Origin: an uncultured bacterium
Lineage (GTDB): Bacteria; Cloacimonadota; Cloacimonadia; Cloacimonadales; Cloacimonadaceae
DNA length: 64,000 nucleotides
Direction: 5' to 3'
NCBI GenBank assembly: GCA_938009275.1
Contig: CALLHY010000030.1
Location: 11,776 to 75,775, forward strand
Shown: piece by piece, positions 58,301 through 64,000 of the stretch
Layout of the letters: each line of letters opens with the position of its first letter
Position numbering within the stretch: position 1 is the stretch's first letter
Translations under genes and position numbers: made by a program
Notes under the pieces: model-generated
Databases searched by the model: none
Seen by the model: only the letters and a program-made list of their open reading frames with translations
Told to the model about the DNA's origin: nothing

Positions 58301-60117
58301 GTTCATCTAGTGTCCAATGCACTGCATTAAGCCTTGTAGAAGATGATTTATTCATTGTTGACACAGCTCTCAATAGTCTTTATGCCAGTATTCGCCAAAC
58401 AGCTGCTGATATGATCGTCGACCCGCAATTGCTTCTAAAGATAGCATTGAATGACAGAAGCAGTAAGATACGGGCATCTATGGTGGAGAGAATTAAAGAT
58501 CCAGCATTGTTAGAGCAGGTAGTTCTGGATAGCAAAGAGCAGGATACCATGAAGCAAGCGCTCAAATTAATCGATGACATTGATATTTTAACAAGATTGT
58601 CGTCAGAAAGTAAGTTTGCTGCAATTAGAAACATGGCTTTATCACGACTAAATAAAACACGAAACCGAATCGAAAAAGCTGAGAGAGCCGCAGAAAATGA
58701 AGGGCAAAATCATAAGCCACAAAAACAACAATCAGCTTTCGATAAAATGATGAAGGCAACCGGTACTGTCAAACCGATTTATCAACGAGGCAAAGGACCT
58801 GAAAAACGAAAAACACCATGGGTAGAATTGAGGGACAAGTATCAGGAGGAGTTTTCAGGTATCAAGATTGAACGTCCGCAATTGAATTTAGAAGTATTCA
58901 ACAAGAGCAAGGACTTAACCAAGCTGATCAGGTCCATCTTAGTAGAAGAGAACACCTGGGTACAGGAACAAGACCTCTTTATTGTAGAAGAGGACTCATG
59001 GGAACAGGTACAAGACCTATACACTCTCGTTGCACTGAAGAAAATTGCGTTTGAACTTTCTGGCAAAAAATCTAACGCTAAACTAACGATTGAAACCGAA
59101 TCAGTTTTTAAGGATATTGTTCTAAGTAAAAGAAGCCAGAAATCCAAGCTGGCTGCTATACGGGGTATTGATGATCAACAATTCTTAAAATACCTGCTTT
59201 TTGCCGGAGCAGATAAAGATCATCGCTTGGCTGCAGTGCAAAACATAACCGACCTGTATTTATTGGAACAACTCACTAAACTGGATCGTAGCAAGGATGT
59301 CCGCGAGCAAGCTTATCATAGGTTGTTAGATCTCAAATGGGCAGCTACTAGAGGTGATGGAATTGATAATAGTCTGGCAGTTTTTTTTAAAAAGTCTAGT
59401 CTTGTTGTTATCGACACAGAAACAACTGGATTGACTCCAACCGATCGGATCTGTCAACTTGCTCTTGTTAAGTTTGATTCGTCCGGTGTTGAGACTTTTT
59501 CTGACTACTGTAATCCTCATGTTCCAGTTAATCCCTTTGCTTATATGGTTCATGGCTTATCAGACTCGTTTCTAAAGAAACAGAAAGATATCAAGAAAAC
59601 TCCAACCTACAAGAAGTTGAATGAGTTTATCGCTGAAAAATGCGTTTTCGTTTTTCACAATGCTCCATTTGATCTTCGTTTCCTGTCTTACGCTGGTGTT
59701 AAGATTAATAATCCTGTGGTAGATACCTTGAAAATAATCAGGCAGATGAAGTGTTTCCAGGATAATAAGCTGAGCACAGCATTAACATTTCTAAAGAGAA
59801 TCTTCCCTGACTTGAATGTCAAACCACATGATGCTCTGGGCGATGCTATGACCACTCTGCATTTATTAAAATGGCTGTACCAAGCTTATCCTTGTCACGT
59901 TGGTAGAATGATCTACGAGGGTGGCAATTATTCAGCACATACTGACACTGTTCCACGCACGCCTACCCGATCCCGTAAAAAGAGTAGTAAAAAGCCAAAA
60001 AGTAAGGTTGTCAAAGAACCCAAGGCGAAATCTATAAGTAATGTATCCTTTGACGAGGAAGAAGATGACTTATTCGAATTATACGACGATTTAGAAGATG
60101 ATTTTTACGATTTCTAG
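55339..60117 (+). CDS. YprA/MrfA-type DEAD/DEAH helicase with DUF1998 zinc module, fused to HEAT-like repeats and a C-terminal DnaQ-like DEDDh 3'-5' exonuclease
   Basis: Helicase: LYSHQ, TGTSSGKSLAFYLP, PTKALAQDQ, VLDELHVYRG, TNALELGIDIG and QQAGRAGRR. DUF1998: YDKYNGGLGF...CPCKHGCPSCV. Exonuclease: VVIDTETTGL, FHNAPFDLRFL and HDALGDA. The tail reads ...EEEDDLFELYDDLEDDFYDF. Confidence 0.85.
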   Translation: MSYKALDEVLSNFQDRIIGVKSIDSREAVYESIPESCHSSIKKGLATLGIKQLYSHQAKMFSEVYEGRNVIITTGTSSGKSLAFYLPVLQSIIEDSRVRALFVYPTKALAQDQKASLEKFLKAIKCKPEITVGVYDGDTPPSERKSIRDHANIILTNPDMLNVSFLPNHNKYGFQEIFRYLDFVVLDELHVYRGAFGTHVANLMRRLLRICNYHGVSPQFLCSSATIANPLELAQNICSKPFIHLEQDGSFNSGKKLVFWQCPLHNDSLNEVTNLIPDLVVNDISSITFCQSRRDVEVASREICGILAQQHGSIHLQNKVSAYRSGLTPNERRSIEFNLRTGKLRGVISTNALELGIDIGSLDAVVMAGFPGTKASFWQQAGRAGRRSGDAWIVIILSNRPIEHYIAQDLDWLTDSSVENAIIDISNIFIQMAHIRAAAYELPLSRTDIKYFHDLGVIAQKLVETGELTQESDQFLWAHKNNTNPAMEISLRNMSNESIDVVDRQSEKTITSTDLITAKYELFPGAIYLHDGVQYKVLALDFEQKQAILTGVNSNHYTVPFVNTSVRILGTVHHKPIFRCKAAWGDVKVTALINAYKKIAYFTHENLGYEELDTDQRVDLDTEGTWILLPENLQALPSRLGSGEESPVNRDSKYDIDGLVFALVNAASIRTMASYSDIGGTVFGIDKPPKSSLLIYDKYNGGLGFAQKIYEVIDDVILDAIKIVESCPCKHGCPSCVGHMQIDKNIVLWALRNLRVESPMPESLELLQQTPLVNPNPIIREKYKLNWIEEHWSEFADSFKLSYPDTYQFLLLVQGVTILESTIHIAVWKSRIYFLPDYKDYLSSVREDIRKSIHEPVEVIIDLEDDPGLQAKQAKLDRHFNKSPAIEVKGSSPPEGGIQSTATKKSSADSQKSESLDDAGAMVTEFDSSTSELLLWCLEYEDYEQVLDLPNKVLVSILTQKSGSQVIKAIRSSANYQKLLKYIVKMHRSSSVQCTALSLVEDDLFIVDTALNSLYASIRQTAADMIVDPQLLLKIALNDRSSKIRASMVERIKDPALLEQVVLDSKEQDTMKQALKLIDDIDILTRLSSESKFAAIRNMALSRLNKTRNRIEKAERAAENEGQNHKPQKQQSAFDKMMKATGTVKPIYQRGKGPEKRKTPWVELRDKYQEEFSGIKIERPQLNLEVFNKSKDLTKLIRSILVEENTWVQEQDLFIVEEDSWEQVQDLYTLVALKKIAFELSGKKSNAKLTIETESVFKDIVLSKRSQKSKLAAIRGIDDQQFLKYLLFAGADKDHRLAAVQNITDLYLLEQLTKLDRSKDVREQAYHRLLDLKWAATRGDGIDNSLAVFFKKSSLVVIDTETTGLTPTDRICQLALVKFDSSGVETFSDYCNPHVPVNPFAYMVHGLSDSFLKKQKDIKKTPTYKKLNEFIAEKCVFVFHNAPFDLRFLSYAGVKINNPVVDTLKIIRQMKCFQDNKLSTALTFLKRIFPDLNVKPHDALGDAMTTLHLLKWLYQAYPCHVGRMIYEGGNYSAHTDTVPRTPTRSRKKSSKKPKSKVVKEPKAKSISNVSFDEEEDDLFELYDDLEDDFYDF

Positions 60118-60245
60118 CCATTGTATACTTATTATTCATAGATTAGTTCTAGCTTGCGATAGTTAATACTTGTTTGAAGTCTCGGGCAGGATGTTTAGAA
60201 CTTTTGAGATCACCTAGGCATCCATTATCAGCAGTAAACATTTCA

Positions 60246-60410
60246 TTTGCAGAAATCCTGTCAGAATTTGCAGTTTTCGGTGATCCGATTTGCAGAAAGC
60301 CTGTCCAAAACCACCTAAACAGGTCTTGGGAAGGATGAGCAAGGATGTCCCACGATGCGACAGTTTGCAGATTTCGCTGCACAATATGCAGTTTTCGTTG
60401 TCAGTTTGCA
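60246..60410. repeat. Right-end array of TTTGCAG-type sites (putative transposase-binding sites), including the right terminal inverted repeat 60380-60410
   Basis: TTTGCAG occurs at 60246, 60267, 60289 and 60364, TATGCAG at 60385 and the terminal TTTGCA at 60405-60410. The inverse CTGCAA(A/G) is at 29359 and 29485 in the left end. Confidence 0.6.
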
Positions 60411-60415
60411 CCGTT
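60411..60415. repeat. Right copy of the putative 5-bp target-site duplication CCGTT
   Basis: It immediately follows ...TGTCAGTTTGCA. Confidence 0.5.
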
Positions 60416-60682
60416 ACTTTATCACTCCTTCACCCTATTGGCTCGTTTTTTCTTGACAATTGAACTACACACAAAAAACTCCGCAAAGCTATATTTTGTA
60501 ACAACGAGAGCTTGCATATAAAAACAGCTAAAGGCAGTGTGTATGAAGGATGAATGCAGTTTGGCATCATCATTTCATGAGGATATGCTTGTTAAGCCCA
60601 ACATATCCAAAGACATTCATTAGAATACCCGCTTGTGTTTCGTGTAGATGAGAGATTAAGAACATAATGAACTGGAGGTAAT

Positions 60683-61396
60683 GTGATTACGATACTTTCG
60701 TTAATCATTAATGTGTTAATTATTATTGCAGGACTTGCTTTTGGATTCTCGTGGAAGCATTGGGCTCCTCGTTTGCTTGAATATGCCTTCGACAAGAAGC
60801 TCATCAAATACAAAACCGATTTGGAGACAGAGAAGGAAAAGCAACTCGCGGAATATGGAAAAACCATAACCGGGTTTAATAAGTGCTTCGATAAAAAATA
60901 CGAAATCTATCCGGTTTTATACGGAAGTATTATAAAGCTTCATGGAGAGTTAAAAAACAGCTGGGATCAGATTCCAGATACTCACGATTTCCAAGTACAA
61001 ACAGAAGGTGAATTCAGCGATTACATAGACACGTTTATATTCTCAAGCCCAGATAGGTGGGGTCTAGTAGAAAAGAAAAAAAATGGTCACATAATCAAGC
61101 AAGATATCCTTAGATTATTGCCTCAGCACTTTCTTCTAAGCATAGGAGAAACAAACAACTACTTTTTGGAGCAACTGATATTCATCTCAAGAGATATTGA
61201 ATCGTTGTTTGAAAAGTTCCGCGAGAATGCTAAAACGATACATTCAGCATACCGGCAAATAACTTCATATCCTAACATCGGAGATCAATGGGGTGTAATT
61301 GAAACAACATGCGAAGAAAATCGTAAGTTAGTAGAGGATATATTACGTCAAATGCGTTCAGAATTAGAACATAATATCTCTAGTCAGGATTCATGA
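60683..61396 (+). CDS. Hypothetical protein with a single N-terminal TM helix
   Basis: GTG start 5 nt after GGAGG. The sequence begins MITILSLIINVLIIIAGLAFGFSW and continues into a soluble helical domain. Confidence 0.5.
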   Translation: MITILSLIINVLIIIAGLAFGFSWKHWAPRLLEYAFDKKLIKYKTDLETEKEKQLAEYGKTITGFNKCFDKKYEIYPVLYGSIIKLHGELKNSWDQIPDTHDFQVQTEGEFSDYIDTFIFSSPDRWGLVEKKKNGHIIKQDILRLLPQHFLLSIGETNNYFLEQLIFISRDIESLFEKFRENAKTIHSAYRQITSYPNIGDQWGVIETTCEENRKLVEDILRQMRSELEHNISSQDS

Positions 61397-61406
61397 GGGA
61401 TAAGAA

Positions 61407-62861
61407 ATGGATAAAAAGGGAAGATTCAAAGTATTCATATCTTACAGTTGGGATCCCAACCATTTTGATAAGAAGGTTGAGTATATAGTTACAAGACTTC
61501 TCAACAATGGGGTAGATGTCATTTTCGACAAGTATGATTGTAAGCCAGGTAATAATGTTTACAAGTTTATGGAAGACTCGGTAAACAATCCTATTGTGGA
61601 TCACGTTCTGATAATGTGCACAGAAGCTTACAAGAAGAAAGCAGACGACAGAGAAAAAGGGGTTGGTGCTGAGACACTGATTATCTCTCCAAAAGTATAT
61701 CAGAATTGCATGCAAAGTAAATTCATTCCAGTTATCTTGGAAAATGATGGTAATGGAAAACCCTATAAGCCAACCTATATTGAGTCCAATATTCATATTG
61801 ACTTGTCGGATGAAGCAGAATTCGAGGCTGAGTTTGACAAGCTTCTAAGATTCATATACAATAAGCCGCTACTTGTTAAACCAGAATTGGGGTCACCTCC
61901 TGCGTTTCTGGAAAATGAGGAAAAAGGGATTATTATAAACTCTCCATTAAAGTACAAAGCATTCCATAAAGCATTAGTAAACGGCAAACCTAACTATCTG
62001 CAACTTCTGCATGAATTTGGAGAGGAGTTTATAAATGATATGGCTCAATTCGAAATCCCAAAAAGCGAAGTAGAGAATCTTGCTTCCGACAAAATAGATG
62101 AGTTAATTCTTAAGAAGATAGAAGAAACAATAACACTCAGCCAAACACTTGAAGAACTGGCTATTGATTTTGGCTATTACTGGGATATGATAATAGAAAC
62201 GGAAGTTATCCAATTTATAGAAAATTATGCATCTTATGCAGTATCATTAGAAACTAGATACAAACATGAATTATCAACTCGAGATTATAGATCTGATGTG
62301 GTAAGGTTCATCCTGTATTTGTTCATTGTTATGTTATCAGCAGCACTAATCCAAAGAAGACGATGTAAAGAATTGAAAACACTGATCGAGCATAAATACC
62401 AGGTTTTCAATACTCTGGATTATACTCAAACTACAGAGCATGATGTGCTAGCCTTCGCGAAGTTCTCATTTTTTCCTTTATCGATTAGTAACATGACTAG
62501 CAGGAACAACACAAATCCAAGGGTTGCTCTGCAAAAAACACTGTCTTCACGCCTTCATAAATTCAAACTCCATGACTTTCAAGAGGCTGACTTTGTGTTG
62601 GGTTTTGTTTCATATACTAGAGCAGAAGTTCAAAAGGTTAAAGGTGAGCATTGGCGGAGCTTTACGCTTACTAACATTCCAGATGTTAAATTGCTACACC
62701 AAATGTGCTCAAAAGCCATTTACGATGCAGCTAAGTGTCTTTTTGGAATTGATGATCCAAGAGAGTTAAGCATGAAATATGGCAGCTATGCGTATAATTA
62801 CAACCCTGGTTTCCCTTCGAACGTTTTTTATCCCTACTATGAGTTTGCTACGCTACCTTAA
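61407..62861 (+). CDS. TIR/SEFIR-like domain protein with a roughly 330-aa C-terminal domain of unknown function
   Basis: FKVFISYSWDPNHFDKKVEYIVTRLLNNGVDVIFDKYDCKPGNN...HVLIMCTEAYKKKADDREKGVGAE follows the bacterial TIR/SEFIR pattern, including a candidate catalytic Glu. Confidence 0.65.
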   Translation: MDKKGRFKVFISYSWDPNHFDKKVEYIVTRLLNNGVDVIFDKYDCKPGNNVYKFMEDSVNNPIVDHVLIMCTEAYKKKADDREKGVGAETLIISPKVYQNCMQSKFIPVILENDGNGKPYKPTYIESNIHIDLSDEAEFEAEFDKLLRFIYNKPLLVKPELGSPPAFLENEEKGIIINSPLKYKAFHKALVNGKPNYLQLLHEFGEEFINDMAQFEIPKSEVENLASDKIDELILKKIEETITLSQTLEELAIDFGYYWDMIIETEVIQFIENYASYAVSLETRYKHELSTRDYRSDVVRFILYLFIVMLSAALIQRRRCKELKTLIEHKYQVFNTLDYTQTTEHDVLAFAKFSFFPLSISNMTSRNNTNPRVALQKTLSSRLHKFKLHDFQEADFVLGFVSYTRAEVQKVKGEHWRSFTLTNIPDVKLLHQMCSKAIYDAAKCLFGIDDPRELSMKYGSYAYNYNPGFPSNVFYPYYEFATLP

Positions 62862-62876
62862 AATCGAGGTCAATTA

Positions 62877-63782
62877 ATGATCTCGTTACCAGTAACTGAG
62901 CAGTACGATACCTCAATTATATGGGACGTATTTTATGATGAGTGCAAAGCGGATGGATATTGGCATTGTTTCCTGTTTATTCCACAAAGTAAGATACAAT
63001 GCATATATGAACTTATCAGCAAAGCGCGTTCCGTTTCTCGGTTTAATGACGCTATTCACTACAAAAACATAGGGCAAAGTGCGAAGCTGAAGAGCAATAG
63101 GGTGGTATTCGTTCGCGTGCTTATGGATATTCTATTATATATCATACAACAACAGAAGATTGATGCAGTGATAGAATGGAATGGAAAAAGGGAGAAATTT
63201 TCACATCCGATTGGAGCCAGGTTGGTGATACTTCGCAAAACAACTGAACTTGTTAACGCTTCTGAGTCTCAAACGCTAGTTGAGGCTACTTTTCGGATGG
63301 GGTTAAAAGGTGCACTTCATTACTTGTTCACTCAGGAAACACCAGTTATCGACAATATATTCGTTGACTATTCCGAGGAATCATTCAAAAGATGTTTTAA
63401 TGAAGACAATATGTGGGAATCAGTTAAGACAGAACTAAGAAATAATATCACTTTCACTAGCGGTTCGTCGTTAAAATTCATAAGTAAACAAGATTACAGC
63501 CTAGATTGCCCAACTAGTCAGATAATGCAATTTGTAGACGTGATTCTCGGTTCATTCCGCACATGCGTAATGCAAAACACTGAATTCCATGCTAGGTATG
63601 TCGCAGCAGAACAGATTAGACGCGTGCTATTAAAGGATTACGAGAATCATGCCAGGATGAAGGAAAGCAGGTATTATAAAGGATACAGCTTGTCTGAAGC
63701 AAGGCTTGTTAATAATTGGATGTTTGATCCTATGAAAATTAAGGTAGATAAGAGTCAGTATGAGATATTCGATTTATTATGA
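62877..63782 (+). CDS. Hypothetical protein, possibly DUF3800-like
   Basis: 301 aa, 15 nt after the TIR gene. VFYDECKADGYWHCFLFIP faintly resembles the DUF3800 N-terminal DE motif. Weak. Confidence 0.35.
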   Translation: MISLPVTEQYDTSIIWDVFYDECKADGYWHCFLFIPQSKIQCIYELISKARSVSRFNDAIHYKNIGQSAKLKSNRVVFVRVLMDILLYIIQQQKIDAVIEWNGKREKFSHPIGARLVILRKTTELVNASESQTLVEATFRMGLKGALHYLFTQETPVIDNIFVDYSEESFKRCFNEDNMWESVKTELRNNITFTSGSSLKFISKQDYSLDCPTSQIMQFVDVILGSFRTCVMQNTEFHARYVAAEQIRRVLLKDYENHARMKESRYYKGYSLSEARLVNNWMFDPMKIKVDKSQYEIFDLL

Positions 63783-63921
63783 TTTGCTGATCAGTAAGAA
63801 ATGTATAAGGAGAACGATTCGGCATTCACAGTAGCTGTATACTTGTCAGTACTGTCTTAGACATATAAGTTGTCTGTATCCGTTTCATTGTTCAACTGCA
63901 TCCTGATGTTTGCATTAAGAA

Positions 63922-63940
63922 AAGCTTCAAGATGAAGCTT
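63922..63940. repeat. Second copy of the aagcttca-N3-tgaagctt palindrome
   Basis: See 10636-10654. Confidence 0.5.
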
Positions 63941-64000
63941 CTACCATACCCGTCAGGATGGCGTGTCCACGACTTATCAGTACGATTAGCATGGTGGATA

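Larger units (their letters stand above)
29340..60410 (+). mobile_element. Mu-type transposon of about 31 kb (S24 repressor, HTH, DDE transposase, MuB/TniB-like ATPase) carrying defence-type cargo and no phage morphogenesis genes
   Basis: The ends TATAAACTGACA... and ...TGTCAGTTTGCA are inverted, with 24 of 31 positions identical by my alignment, and are flanked by CCGTT on both sides. There are multiple inverted CTGCAAA sites, and a 14-nt exact inverted match links tttggacaggcttt (29503-29516) to aaagcctgtccaaa (60296-60309). Gene order is Mu-like. Confidence 0.65.

Noticed and set aside
1-64000. Search for reverse transcriptase, retron or DGR elements, cas genes, tRNA/rRNA genes and integrase-type att sites.
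   Set aside because: No YxDD-type RT motifs, no cas-like ORFs, no spacer-repeat arrays and no cloverleaf-like sequences turned up in my reading of the intergenic regions. This is absence by eye only and should be confirmed with tRNAscan, Infernal and CRISPR finders.

Overview
All calls here come from reading the sequence and recognising motifs by eye; no database searches were run. The window looks like chromosome from a diderm bacterium, possibly FCB-group or Cloacimonadota-like. That guess rests only on T9SS-type C-terminal sorting domains on two giant C25 peptidases.

Positions 1-28.9 kb are ordinary chromosome:
- a partial TatD hydrolase and a Na/Pi cotransporter
- two tandem gingipain-like C25 peptidases
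- a poly-gamma-glutamate (pgsB/pgsC) operon extended by lipoprotein and outer-membrane genes
- gpsA, murA and prmC
- a REC-kinase/STAS partner-switching pair and an EF-G
- a MacAB-TolC-type efflux operon and argF

A family of long palindromic repeats sits at three operon ends.

Positions 29,340-60,410 appear to be a ~31 kb Mu-type transposon. It has an S24 repressor, a small HTH protein, a DDE transposase and a MuB/TniB-like ATPase. Its ends are imperfect 31-bp terminal inverted repeats with multiple subterminal CTGCAAA sites, flanked by a 5-bp CCGTT direct repeat. It carries no phage structural genes. Its cargo is two long co-directional operons:
- A nine-gene operon (35,044-44,229). It encodes an AAA+ ATPase, three paralogous PD-(D/E)xK-like proteins, an HExxH protein, a Sel1-repeat protein, a stand-alone DnaE-type PHP domain and two unknowns. 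I cannot match it to any described defence system, and it is my best candidate for the undescribed system.
- A five-gene operon (44,703-60,117). A type III Mod/Res pair is flanked by a 1468-aa SF1 helicase-nuclease, an AbiH/SIR2-like protein and a 1592-aa protein. That last protein fuses a YprA/MrfA-type DEAD helicase plus DUF1998 to HEAT-like repeats and a DEDDh exonuclease.

Just outside the right end (60,683-63,782) is a three-gene module with a membrane protein and a TIR/SEFIR-like protein. I saw no rRNA, tRNA or CRISPR array.
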